Under the pieces are notes generated by a model. That model saw only the letters and a list, made by a program, of their open reading frames with translations. It ran no database searches and was not told the DNA's origin. A stretch of DNA of 63,735 nt, the filler included, from Octopus bimaculoides (Eukaryota): NCBI RefSeq assembly GCF_001194135.2. It is 6 parts of 6 records of this genome, joined end to end, with 100 filler letters (N's around TTAATTAATTAA, not from the genome) between each part and the next. Parts side by side here need not be neighbours in the genome. Positions count along the whole stretch, not along the records: positions 1 to 23,158 come from NC_068981.1; positions 23,259 to 27,001 come from NC_068998.1; 4 more parts are not named here. One strand, written 5' to 3'. Position 1 is the stretch's first letter, and each line of letters begins with the position of its first letter. Below, in pieces: positions 11,920 through 24,460 of this stretch. The position numbers were made by a program, and so were the translations under genes.

Positions 11920-12380
11920 CTTCGTTAACGAAGGCATGGCATAGAAGTCACTTCCGTTTCCGGTAATACTGTCAAAAACAAAAACCAATGTTTTTAATTT
12001 CTAAAGTAAACATTCGGATGGTTATTAAAATGGTTGTCTGATTCTTAAGTACCTAAAACACTGCTGGAATATTCCTTGCTTTACTTTCATTCTCTCATTC
12101 AGTACTTTGCAAAACCCATTTGCGTGTGTGTCTGTCTTTTTTTTATTTAGAGAGAGTGTTATAATTATTTATTTGCGGGTGAGTGTTCTACAAACGTCTG
12201 TTTGTGTTTCTTTTATGTCTGTTTGGTGTAAGAGAACATTGAATATCTTTGATATTGAAGCCTACTCACATACACACGATATTTTAAATCATTATAAGAA
12301 TATTCATTTATCCTTGTACTGGTTCTCTCTGCGAGGGATCGCCGGCATAACTACAATTTGTTGCTCCTCCGCCCCACCGA
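11920..12380. promoter_or_regulatory. Housekeeping-type promoter region, likely for the minus-strand DGCR6 gene
   Basis: Tandem ETS-like sites CACTTCCGTTTCCGGT (11949-11964), ACTACAATTT (ZNF143/SBS-like, 12350), GC box CTCCGCCCC (12367-12375), locally retained CpG, and a minus-strand donor AAG|GTGAAA after 11920. Confidence 0.5.
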
Positions 12381-13926
12381 TATTTTAAAATTCAATTTTA
12401 CAGGGATATGTTTTCGAAGATACAGATTACAGTTTCGTTGATAACGCTGAATGTATAGTTTACTTAATGTTGATGATCCAACAGAAATCTGGAAAAAGAA
12501 ATTTATGATGTAATGAGAGAGTTAACGGAAAATAGTGGTAACAAAGTTCAGGGTGAAAGTGAAAAACTACACAAAATTCACCTTTCTGTTCATTTTTTCC
12601 TAAGTTTATCAGCATAATAATAATTTACATCTTAAAAAATGTGTTTCCGAAAGATTTAAATTTAAAAGATATACTTTTTTGACGATATTAGAGGAAACGA
12701 AGTTATGGGCACCAAACTGTTGTTAAACCACTATTGTAAAGCATAACTTCAGTGCCAGGTAAAATATATAAATAATTAAAATAGTTGAAGCCTAGGAAAT
12801 TAGTGATGCTCTGTATCGACAAATACTAAGAACGAAACGTTAACAAAAGACGGTAAATTTAGTAAATGTTTCGGGCAGTTATAAACTATTTTTACGTTAG
12901 AAATAAATAAATACATAAAATGAAGTCAGGTTTCTGTCACAGCAACTTATACTCTCATCAAATTTCTTCAACTAAATAAAATGTTATTATATAAACGAAA
13001 TAATATTCCATTTTTATGACCTAAACTACAAATATTATATTGGCGGTGGGGAGGGGCACAATGAGGAATATTTACTGCATTTTTGACTTTGAGAAAAGGT
13101 ATACTTTTTACGAATGTTCACTACCTTACTATATTAGCTAAGTAAACAACCTTCTCTAAAAGTATTAAAAACACTATAACATATACAGAACACTATTTCA
13201 GAAAATTATCTCCTTTCCCTTTGAGACAAATTTAGCAAGAGCAAAATGACTAAGACAAGGTAAGATAAATTTGCCTCTTCAATTCCCCATTACATTTGAA
13301 CAAAAAACTCATACACATCAATATACATCTTTAGGCACCAGAAAGATAGAGATGCGACAAAAGTTTAAAATATGTAGGACAAATGAAAGAGGGTTGTGGA
13401 AAAATGACACATGATATGAAATTAACAAAACTCGACTAAATCTAAAGACTCAACATAAGATTTTCTCTATAACTTCATGATCTGCTGAAGTGGCTCTTCC
13501 CATACCATGCAGTTAAAGAGAAGAAATTATTGAAAATTAGTCATTATTCATTTGGATGTATTTTAGACATAATTTTTGGAAAATTGAAAATTATCAAATT
13601 AAACATTAGTGTGGGGAAAAAATTGACTTGCAATCCAACAGAGAAAAGAATTTTGATTGTTGAACACCAAAAATTATCCAGATATTTTATTAACAACCTC
13701 AATTGCAATCCAGTCAAAATTGAGGAAAAATTTCTTGAAAAAAAGTACTTGTCACCTGTTTCAAACTCTTTCAATTTCCAACAACAACAACAGCTATGCT
13801 GACCAATTTTTATTCCTAAAGATGATGCAACAGTACAAAATGATGATGCAATACATGCAATGTAATGATTTCAAACAGGGAGGGAGAAAATGAAAAATCA
13901 GAAATTACTAATTTTGCTCTACTTAC

Positions 13927-14004
13927 CAATTTTACCCATCCAATCCCTACTCATAGCTCTTAAGATATTTGCAGTGTTTGAAAATTCTGTAACAGGACAG
14001 TCAC
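13927..14004 (-). other. Candidate 78-nt phase-1/1 exon (GDCPVTEFSNTANILRAMSRDWMGKI) of an unidentified gene
   Basis: Pyrimidine tract plus cctctcag| acceptor, consensus TTG|GTAAGT donor, open frame. No recognised homology. Confidence 0.3.
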
Positions 14005-14277
14005 CTGAGAGGTCATGGACAGGAAGTCAGAAATGCTATTGACAACAAGGAAGCACAATCATCAGTAAAGATGGGACAATCATGTATGTATGTATGGATG
14101 GATGAATGGATTAAGAAAGAGTGAGATATTTAAAAAAAAAATCACTGAGTTTAATTACTTGGGGACACTATGTGCATTAAAAATAATAGTTAGGTTAGCA
14201 TTAGCATATTTAATGAGAACACTTCAGCATACTGCAACTGGCTTATCTCTACTGGTTATAGACCTATATGTCCACAT

Positions 14278-15048
14278 CAGTAGAAGTTGGATTTAATGGG
14301 ACCCCTGGACCAATAGGTTTTGGAGGCCCTGACAAGTTTGCTAATTCAAAACATAAGATAATAAAGAGGGGCTCTATTAAATCTAGGGGCTGCAAAACTG
14401 AAAAGGGTTGTAGTGGTGATTTGAAATTGAAATGCAAAGTAACTGGTCAAATATCAAGACTGTTTCACATGCTCAGTCTATTAAGCAACCAATCAGCATG
14501 AAACCATTGCATGATTCAATCTTCTGCTTGTATCCAACAAAATGTTGCTTCTGGTGTCAACACTCTTTGCAGAGCATTGAGATCAGCCCATCTCATTCAC
14601 ATGTCTCACCTCTTACCAGGTAGAATGTTGAGACAGCTGCGCATTGTGTCTCCATGCTTACCACTGTCAAACAGTTAAGACAGTTAAACTCTATGTGTTG
14701 TCAGTTACTTTAACGTGCAGCCCAAGAGACATATTTTCATTCAACTCAACCAGTCGTCATCTCAGACCAGTCAACAAAAATCCACTTGCAACAGGGTCCT
14801 GATAGATTCAAAGTGTCTCCATAAATTTCATGGCTTTTTAAATTTAAAATGGCCCAATAAATCAAAAGAGTGCTCAATAATTTTAAAAGAACTCTATTGG
14901 ATTAAAAACAATTTAAACAAGTTAAAAAAATACAAGTTATTTGATTTCTGTAAATGTATTTTTTATAATTTTTAACTCCAAGCTTCTCTGAGTTAAAGGG
15001 GCTCCTGGGACAATGCCCATATTGACCCACACATAAATCCAGCCCTAG
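14278..15048. mobile_element. Old hAT-like non-autonomous element
   Basis: Degenerate TIRs (tagaagttggattta / taaatccagccctag) with gggacccc/gggctcct subterminal motifs. Faint frameshifted dimerisation-domain-like residues (ALQRVLT..RRLNHAMV) on the minus strand. Confidence 0.4.
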
Positions 15049-15159
15049 GCACTCCTTAAGTCAGGGAATTAATCTTGGCTATCAGTAATGAGACAGAACT
15101 TGAACATAGAATAACCACTAAATAGCCCCTGTAACATTAAACCTCAGCTGAAATATCTT

Positions 15160-15425
15160 GGTGTGGCTGTGTAGTAAGAAGTATGCTTCCCAATCACATG
15201 GTTCTAGGTTCAGTCCTTCAGTATGGTATTTTGGGCAAGTGTCTTCAATAGTAGTCCCAGGCCCACAAAAGCCTTCTGAGTGAATTTGGATGGAAACTGA
15301 AAGAAGGCTGCCATATGTTGTGTGTATATACCCCACCACAGCTTGGCATCAGGTGTTGATTAGTTTGTGTCCTATAACTTAGCAGTTTGGCATGGCTGTA
15401 GCTCAGTGACTGAAACAAGAACAAG
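15160..15425 (+). mobile_element. SINE family A
   Basis: Same head, CORE-like segment and tail; internally deleted. Confidence 0.8.
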
Positions 15426-15565
15426 GTAAATAGCGTTGAACTATAGTAGTACTTTATTTACATTTTAGCAGCATAATATATGTGCAAAGAAATAAGTTTG
15501 GTACTCCTGAACTACTTTTGCTAATTTCATTTTGTTTTTAAATTTTTATTTCAATACATACATAC

Positions 15566-16260
15566 ATGGTTGAGCACATCCTCTTCCTCAACTGCTTTTT
15601 GTTTGCAGGAGATTTTTACCATCAGATCTCAGGAATGGCCATGGGAATGAGAATGGGTTCCAACTATGCAAACCTATTCATTGATGGCTATGTTGAGACC
15701 CAAATATTCTCACAGTTCAATGTCCTACTCCTGAGCTATATGGTCATTATATCGATACAACCTCACTCTCCCATGAACATCTTGACTCCTTTCTTTCCTT
15801 CGTCCAGTCCTTTCATCCTACCTTTGAATTCTCCTGCACTGTCTCCAACTCCTCCATTGAATTTCTTGACATTTCTGTTAGCATCCACCACTCTGCTCTT
15901 ACCACCTCCATCAACTACAAACACACAGACTCCTATCTCAACCTTTCCTCCTCCCACCATATCCACATCTGCACCCTCTTTCTCTATCTACACCAGCTCT
16001 GCAGTGCCGACCATGACTTTGAAACCCAGTCTCAACTCACTTTCAGTCTCAGTCTCAATTCACTTCATTCTACATGGATATACCCTCACCATTATCCAAA
16101 CTGCCCTTGCCCATGCACGATCCACTGACTGTTCCTCTGCTCTCTCTCCCTTAAACCCACCCCACCCTTACCCACTTCCCTCTTCCCCTCACTTACCATT
16201 CTTCCATCCTACCCCTCCAACAGACCATTATCAAGCCTTCTGTTAGCTCCTATCCAACAC
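15566..16260 (+). mobile_element. Penelope-like element RT remnant
   Basis: LNCFLFAGDFYHQISGMAMGMRMGSNYANLF (PLE YxQxxGxAMG...YAN motif), then frameshifted FSCTVSNSSIEFLDISV. Confidence 0.8.
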
Positions 16261-16296
16261 CTCCCCCTCCGACATCTTCCCAAATCCACTCCTTTT

Positions 16297-16665
16297 AAGT
16301 GCAGGCATGGCTGTGTGACAAGAAGCTTATTACCTAACCACATGGTCCTGGATTCAATCCCTGAGTAAGATGGTACTGTAGACAAGTGTCTTCTATTATA
16401 GCCCCAGGCCAACCAAAGCCTTGTGAGAAACTGAAAGAAACCTGTTGTATACATATGTTATGTATGTAACTATGTGTGTTTGTGTTAACCCCTACTGCCA
16501 CTTGATGTTGGTTGGTTTATGCCCTATAACTTAGCAGTTCTAACAAGAGATTGACAGAATAGGTACTTGACTTCAAAAAAATAAACAGTGGGGTCATTTT
16601 GTTTGATTAAACACTTATCCGAGCATGGTCGCAGTCCAATAACTGAAGCAAGTAAAAGATAAAAG
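16297..16665 (+). mobile_element. SINE family A
   Basis: Near full length with gtaaaagataaaaga tail; a degraded head follows at about 16695-16790. Confidence 0.8.
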
Positions 16666-18133
16666 ACCCACAAAACTGGTCACAGGCCCGATTATGTAGT
16701 TAAGAAGTTTGCTTTAGATGATTTGGGGTTCATTGTCCACTGCCTTGGACATGAATTTTCTATCATAGACTTATTCAATGCTTGGTGTGTGAAAACTGGT
16801 AAAAAGAAACGGTACAGAATCCTGTTATCAGTGTTATTTTCCACCATCATGGTTTTTACATAAGCTTTTTCCATACTTATATGGATTGCACAAGATTTCT
16901 TGAGGTATTAAATGACCAGATGCTCACCCTGACAATAACTCTTGTCATAACATCTTGGCATGTTGAACTGCTAAGTTGGTGGTCTTTTTGTTTATGAAGG
17001 ACATAAATAATGTTACCACTGCTCGGGTGATATCAATGTAATAACACACACACACACACACTCAATTTCTAAATTTCGTAAGTTATCAGTCGACATTAAT
17101 GCTACTGTAGAAAACATCTGCCCAAGGTGTTACATCAGAGGATTAAATCCAAAACCATGTGGCTGCAAAACAAAGTTCTGTGTCATGTATATGATGAACT
17201 TCTGCACTTTTCCAATTATACATATACATGTGACATTCTATTGTAACAGAACTGATGGTGTATAAAGAAATTGTAACAAAATAGCTATACAACTGTTATA
17301 ATGAGATCACTGAAAACAATGTAAAGACACACTGTTCTTTGAGCATGCTCTAAACATATGCAGAAGAGGATGAAGAAGTAGAAAAAGATAGAAAATAAAG
17401 GGCAAAATAAGTATAACTGAATGGCGTAAGAAAAGAACAAAAGAAAAATCTTGATGTAATTTGGTTAGGGCTTGGGTAGTGAGTTCTTTTCATCCTATCA
17501 TAAAAACTCATTTTGATGTCATTGGCTGGCCGCCCACACTTTTTTCTGCAAAATAGGGGTAGTTTATCCTGTTCAGGCTATATTATTAGCATTATCCTGC
17601 GTTAGAGAATTTAAAATCGCTTCTTTAACTTTCTAAGACATCTCAACGCTTCTAAAAGCAAACTTCGTTTGTTTGTTTACGTTTATTGTAATTTGAATTT
17701 ATATATATATATATATATACACACACACATACTGGGTGGTGCAAAAGTAGGTATACAGTTATGAAAAACATGTAGAATACTCATTTACTTTTATNNNNNN
17801 NNNNNNNNNNNNNNNNNNNNNNNNNNNNNNNNNNNNNNNNNNNNNNNNNNNNNNNNNNNNNNNNNNNNNNNNNNNNNNNNNNNNNNNNNNNNNNNNNNNN
17901 NNNNNNNNNNNNNNNNNNNNNNNNNNNNNNNNNNNNNNNNNNNNNNNNNNNNNNNNNNNNNNNNNNNNNNNNNNNNNNNNNNNNNNNNNNNNNNNNNNNN
18001 NNNNNNNNNNNNNNNNNNNNNNNNNNNNNNNNNNNNNNNNNNNNNNNNNNNNNNNNNNNNNNNNNNNNNNNNNNNNNNNNNNNNNNNNNNNNNNNNNNNN
18101 NNNNNNNNNNNNNNNNNNNNNNNNNNNNNNNNN

Positions 18134-18195
<62 letters not shown>

Positions 18196-18239
18196 TATAA
18201 TCTGAAATGTATGGTCTTACCAATCGGTTTCACATAAAG

Positions 18240-19640
18240 AATACAATGGAGTGTTAGGTAACAAACTGATTATATAACTCTATACTCACCAGAGTTAGCC
18301 AATATGGAAGGAAATATGGTGACTGCTCTCTATTGTCGGAGGTGGATTAGCATAACTGGTCAGTAGTTGTTGTGGAAAAGGTGGTGGAACGAAAAAGGGG
18401 CCTGGGGATTAGTTTAGGAGATATGTCCCTTGGTTGGGTATGCTGTGAAGCCAACAGGAGATATCTTGAAGTGGGGAAAGTGTGTATTATTAATGTGGTG
18501 TTCTTGTGGGGATGGGGTGTGTGGCATGTGTAGCGGTGTCATATGTATAATTTTTTCTGGCGGTGCAGGTATATATAGCCGTGTTCATTGGTCTGTTTTC
18601 TGTCTGTAAAGGATAAAGTTGGGGGTGTGGGGGTGGTATGTTAGTGTGCGGTATGTAATGTATATGCATGTCAGATCTGCGTATATGTGGGGGTACAATT
18701 TGTGTGAAGGGGTATGTGTTGGTGGGGAGACAGTTTATTTTGTGGGGTATCCGCCTTATAGATGTGTGTACGAGTGCCTTGGCATGTGCTTTGGTCAAAC
18801 TCCTTTTGCCAGGCTCAAGGTCATTGGTGGAAGGTCGTTTGCAGAAGGCTGAGGTAGGAGACCTGTGGCTGTAGACATGATGGGGTATGCAGGTATGATA
18901 GAATGTACTTCCTTTCATGTGGGCAAGGATTAAACACCTCATTCCTGCTATTCAGGTAAACATCCGGGCATTGGGTACCTTTTAAAATCGCTCTCTTCTC
19001 AGCCAGGCATAATCTGCATTTCCTGCTGCTATTGAAGTATGGTTTGCCTCTTTCTAGGATCTTCCACTTTATGCTGTACTCTGTGGTGCTTTCTTTCATA
19101 GTCTAGACATGCTTGGCTAGGGTTGTGGTGTTACATCTCTCTGGGATGTCGAATGAGAACTTGTTATTAAAGCAGATTCTGAAGGGGCCCTCCATTGCCC
19201 CCACATAGTTCCACACATTCGGTTGTGCATTGGGTCCTGTTGCTATTACTTCTGCCTTGTAAACAACTGTTTCCATATTGCAGTGGCCATTTAGTGGACA
19301 AGTTATGTTACCCTTGCATGAGCATCCTTGGGTCTGGGTCTACCTACTAAAATCTTTTTTACCCTAGGTGCACAACTAAAGGATAATCTCAGGGTATGTC
19401 TATTAAATATTTTATTGAATCTATTGGTTTGGCGAAAGTGTCTATCAAATAAAGTAAGGAAGATCTTATCTACTCTGGTCTTAATGTTTAAAGAGAATGG
19501 CAGTGTGAACCACAGTACTTTCCAGTGGCACTTTCTCTTGGCAGGGCTAGGGTCTGGCACGTAACTAATATTATCCTTGAAACCACTGGCAGCGAGAGCC
19601 CAGTTGTTGTACAGGGCAGCAGCATCAAAGATCAAGACAT
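18240..19640 (-). mobile_element. Penelope-like element, C-terminal part with GIY-YIG endonuclease, decayed
   Basis: KRKCHWKVLWFTLPFS...HFRQTNRFNKIFNRHTLRLSFSC; CPLNGHCNMETVVYKAEV...NYVG; IKWKILER...CRLCLAEK...LNSRNEVFNPCPH. Confidence 0.85.
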
Positions 19641-19677
19641 ATATATAAAAACATTATCGATTGCACTTACACAATGT

Positions 19678-21067
19678 ATGTCATCATCATCATTTAATGT
19701 CTGCTTTCCATGCTGGCATGGGTTGGACGGCTTGACTGAGGACTGGTGAGCCAGAAGGCTGCACCAGGCTCAATCTGATCTGGTAAAGTTTCTACAGCTG
19801 AATGCCCATCCTAACACCAATCACTCCAAGAATGTAGTGGGTGCTTTTATGTGCAACTGGCATGAGGGCCAATCAGGCGGTTCTGACAACAACCACACTC
19901 AAAAGGTGTTTTTTATGTGCTACCTGCACAGGACCTAGTCTGGTGGTATTGGCAATGACCACACTCAAATGTTGTTTTTCACATGCCACTGGCACATGTG
20001 CTGGTAAGGTGATGCTGGCAATGATCACGCTTGGATGGTGCTTTTTATGTGCCACTAGCACAGAAGTCAATTCGTGGCCCTGGCAACGACCATGCTCAGA
20101 CGTGCTTTTAACGTTCTACTGGTATGAGTGGCAATCAAGTGGTACTGTCATTGGCCACGTCAGCGATTTTGATTTGATTTCACTTGCCTCGATAGGTCTT
20201 TGCAAGCAAAGTCTATTGTCCAATGAATGAGGGGTACTCATAAGTGGGCTGGTTACACCCACTGGCATAGGCCATGGGCTATGGTCTTACTTGGCTTGTC
20301 GGGTCTTCTCAAGCACAGCATATCTCCAAAGGTCTCGGTCACTAGTCATTGCCACGGTAAGGCCCATTGCTTGAAGGTCGTGCTTCACCACCTCATCCCA
20401 GGTCTTCCCATGTCTACCTCATCCTCAACTGCTAGGGTGTGACACTTTTTCACACAGCTGTCCTCATTCATTCGCAGTACATGACCATACCAGTGCAGTC
20501 GTCTCTCTTGAACACCACATCTGATGTTTCTTAAATCCAACTTTTCTCTCAGGGTACTTACACTCTGTCGTGTGTGCACTCTGACATTACACATCCAGCA
20601 GAGCATACTGGCTTCATTCCTTGAAAACTTACGCATGTCCTCAGCAGTCATGGCCCATGTTTCACTGCCATGTAGCATGGCTATTTGTACACATACGTCA
20701 TACAGTCTATCTTTTACTCTGAGCGAGAGTCCCTTTGACACCAGCAGAGGTAGGAGCTCTCTGAACTTTGCCCAGGCTATTATTATTCTGGCAGCTACAC
20801 TTTCAGAGTATCCACCCCTGCTACTGATTTGGTCCCCTAGGTAACGGAAGCTATCAACTACTTCTAGTTTTTCTCCCTGAAATGTGACAGAAGCTGTTCT
20901 CTGCACATTTTCAGTGTTTATAGCACCTGAGCATTTGCCACATACAGTCTGCCTTTTACTCTGAGCAAGAGGCCCTTTGTCATCAGCATAGGTAAGAGCT
21001 CTCTGAACTTTGCCCAGGCTATTCTTATTCTGGCAGCTACATTTTCAGCACACCCTCCTCCACTACT
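19678..21067 (-). mobile_element. 5'-truncated RTE-clade LINE: RT C-terminal part plus long 3' UTR with (GAT)n tail
   Basis: ORF 20385-20906: EKLEVVDSFRYLGDQ...AWAKFRELLPLL...HGSETW...RRLHWYGHVLRM. The tail reads catcatcat on the plus strand at 19678. Confidence 0.9.
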
Positions 21068-21114
21068 AACATATATATATATACATACATATCCATCTAT
21101 CTATCTATCTATGG

Positions 21115-21362
21115 CACATAAAAGACACCATTTCGAACGTGGCCGTTGCCAGTATCGCCTGACTGGCCTTCGTGCAGGTGACACGTAAAAGCACCTACTA
21201 CACTCTCTTAGTGGTTGGCGTTAGGAAGGGCATCCAGCTGTAGAAACTTTGCCAAATTTAGATTGGAGCCTGGTGTTGCCATCCGGTTTCACCAGTCCTC
21301 AGTCAAGTCGTCCAACCCATGCTAGCATGGAAAGCGGACGTTAAACGATGATGATGATGATG

Positions 21363-21365
<3 letters not shown>
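21115..21365 (+). mobile_element. RTE-derived 3'-UTR repeat with (GAT)n tail
   Basis: ggttggcgttaggaagggcatccagctgtagaaac...gcatggaaagcggacgttaaacgatgatgatg; matches 19678-19850 in reverse. Confidence 0.85.
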
Positions 21366-21395
<30 letters not shown>

Positions 21396-22060
21396 AACAG
21401 AGTTAGTGGTTATAGTAACTGACTAAGTGATAAAAATATCCGTATATACTATCAGTATCCGTTACCTGTATTATCCCCGGGCAATGGTGTGCAGGCACAC
21501 CATACACGTAGAGTACAGATAACAACAGGATGAACAAGAGTTTATCAGGAACCAATGCAAATAATTAGAATATGAAGAAAGCCACAGATTAACCATCACA
21601 TCAGTTGGACCACATTTATAGCTTATTTTTTAAGACAAAGCATGACATAACAAAATAGATGACGTAACATATCTTAAGCCATTACTGATCAGATTGCCAA
21701 AATACAGTCTATATATAAATGCGAAAATAAAATTCTTCATCTTCATAGGACATTTGAATTATGGCAATGGATTCTCATCAGAGTCAAGAACAAAACCATA
21801 TAATATAAGCAAAAGGAAGAAGGAAAAGGAAAGAAAACATAGCTTAGATAAGTAGTCTGGAAGCCCAATATGTTAAGAGTAAATAATCATTTCCCATCAG
21901 GGCTACAGAGTCTGTAGGTAAATGCAAAAACATCCAATTCGTATAAATGAACAAGGAAAGGTTCTGTTTTTATCATTTTGATTTTGTCTCGACTAGTTCA
22001 ATAAATGAACGAAAGTGCTAATAAAGAATTATCCAAAATTCTGACTGCCTCCTTTTTCTC

Positions 22061-22106
<46 letters not shown>

Positions 22107-22509
22107 TTGGTAGTGTGTGTGTCTGTGTATTTCCACACACATACAGATATACTATGATACATGTTACTATTCACCCACACCTTCCTCTCTTCTTAAATTA
22201 AGCTCAACCTATCTATAGAATAGAATTTTCACCTGGTTTCTAACCCTCAGCCTTCCTCCTGTGCCTTTCCCATTTTTGTTTACTATACATACCTTGACTA
22301 TTTCTCTTTTCTTCTCCCTCTCTTTTCTTCTGATGAAAACTAATGTCTAACATGTGAAGTCATGCTCTTTTTCCATTGAAATCATTAAATGAATACCATT
22401 TTCTGTCAAAATCTTTTGTGTTGTCTTTTTAAAAATTTATTGTCTTTACACACACACACTGTGTGTGTGTGTGCATGCATTTATATATGCAGTGTTTATA
22501 TTTTTTAAT

Positions 22510-22597
22510 ACATTATTATTATTATCATTATTATCATCATCATCATTATTATTGTTATTATCATTATTATTATTATCATCATCATCATTATTATTAC

Positions 22598-22661
<64 letters not shown>

Positions 22662-22700
22662 GTTATTGTTATTATTATCATCATCATCATTATTATTATT
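22510..22700. repeat. (ATT)n/(CAT)n microsatellite
   Basis: Direct reading; explains the poly-N/Y/L/I ORFs. Confidence 0.97.
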
Positions 22701-22948
22701 AAGGTGGTGAGCTGGAAGAATCGTCAGCACACCAGACAAAATGCATTCACCAGTTTTTATGCATTCTGAGTTCATATTCCACAGAGGTTGATTCTACCTT
22801 TCATCTTTTTTGGGTCAATAAAACAAGTACCAGTCAAGCACTGGAGTCAATGTAATTGACTTACCCCTCCTCATGAATATCATGCATTGTGCTTATTATT
22901 ATTAGTATTATTATTATTGTTATTATTGTTGTTGTTATTATTATAATT

Positions 22949-23121
22949 GTTCAGTAGTTTTATTTTTATAACGTGCTTTCACTTCACTACCGAGTGCAGC
23001 TCTGTGTGCCTTGGGTATGTGCTGTGGTTTGCTGTGATGCTCTTATGGTTACTGTATTGAAAGTGTTTTGCGTAGGATGTGTGCAGTGCCCAGTGGTGCA
23101 ATTTTCTGTATATGTTATATA
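22949..23121 (-). mobile_element. R4/Dong-like 3' end, same family as 4945-5449
   Basis: Reverse complement of the 5290-5449 terminus, embedded in (ATT)n. A second terminus starts at about 23142 and runs into the gap. Confidence 0.85.
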
Positions 23122-23258
23122 CTATTATTATTATTATTATTATTCAGTAGTTTTATTTNNNNNNNNNNNNNNNNNNNNNNNNNNNNNNNNNNNNNNNNNN
23201 NNTTAATTAATTAANNNNNNNNNNNNNNNNNNNNNNNNNNNNNNNNNNNNNNNNNNNN

Positions 23259-23625
23259 AAGAGGGGGAAGGCAAAGGGAGGAGGAAGTGGAAGAGGAGGA
23301 AGGGAAAGGGAGGAGGAAGAAGAAGAGGAGGAGGAAGAAGAAGAGGAGGAGGAAGAAGAAGAGGCTTAGGAAGAGGAAGTGGGAGGAGGAGGAAGAAGTG
23401 GAAGTGGGAGGAGGAAGAAGAGGAAGGAGGAGGAGGAAGGGGAAGGGGAAGAAGAAGAAAGAAGAAGAAGAAGAAAGAAGAAGCAGAAGAAAGAAGAAGA
23501 AGAAAGAAGAAGAAGANNNNNNNNNNAAGAAGAAGAAAGAAGAAGAAGAAGAAGAAGAAAGAAGAAGAAGAAGAAGAAGAAGAAGAAGAAGAAGAAGAAG
23601 AACAAGAACAACAACAACAACAACC
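23259..23625. repeat. (GAA)n/(GGA)n purine microsatellite
   Basis: Direct reading; explains the poly-E/K/R ORFs. Confidence 0.97.
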
Positions 23626-23959
23626 ATTGTAATGGTTATGTTATTGCAATCCAAGAACAATGTTTAAGTCTAAATTGATCCTGATAGGATTTGAACCCAA
23701 AACATTTTGAATTAGACAAAATTACTGCAAGACATTTTGTCCGACACACTAACAGTTGCCAAGTCACAACCTTAAATCACTCGTGACGAACACAATAAAA
23801 TGTTAGGCAAAATGTTTTGAAGTTCCAAGAAAAATTTGTTTTTGGAATGAGTTTTTTTGGTATCAGTCATTCTGGCAGTTTTATAAGGAGAATGCAACTA
23901 ATTTAATTTCATTGGAAACACTAAAATCAAAATAGATATTATGAACAAATCTAGTTCAG

Positions 23960-24004
<45 letters not shown>

Positions 24005-24130
24005 GATATATAGATATAGCTATAGATTTGTACATACATGCATGTATACATATATAAACATATATATGCATATATATACAGGCATACATGTATATATACA
24101 TATATGTATGTATATACATGTGTGTGTATA

Positions 24131-24186
<56 letters not shown>

Positions 24187-24348
24187 TACATANNNNNNNN
24201 NNNNNNNNNNNNNNNNNNNNNNNNNNNNNNNNNNNNNNNNNNNNNNNNNNNNNNNNNNNNNNNNNNNNNNNNNNNNNNNNNNNNNNNNNNNNNNNNNNNN
24301 NNNNNNNNNNNNNNNNNNNNNNNNNTATATGTATATATATATGTATAT

Positions 24349-24380
<32 letters not shown>

Positions 24381-24460
24381 GTGTGTATATATGTATATTT
24401 ATTTATTTGCATATATGTATATATGCATACACACACACACACACATAAATATATATATGA
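23960..24460. repeat. (TG)n/(TA)n compound microsatellite spanning a gap
   Basis: Direct reading. Confidence 0.97.

Noticed and set aside
16680-16865. Plus-strand protein-like stretch PDYVVKKFALDDLG...
   Set aside because: Overlaps a degraded SINE family A head.
21463-21560. Minus-strand donor with signal-peptide-like LLFILLLSVLYVYG
   Set aside because: In-frame stop upstream, no ATG or acceptor, and it lies in a probable PLE terminal remnant.
22325-22370. CTGATGA hits at 4800, 10231, 22330, 47070, 47563
   Set aside because: No convincing stem II plus GAAA; not called as ribozymes.
23203-23214. TTAATTAATTAA islands inside N-runs (also 27046, 34543, 41051, 59244)
   Set aside because: Identical 12-mer with stops in all six frames, centred in ~100-nt gaps: a scaffolding linker artefact, not biology.
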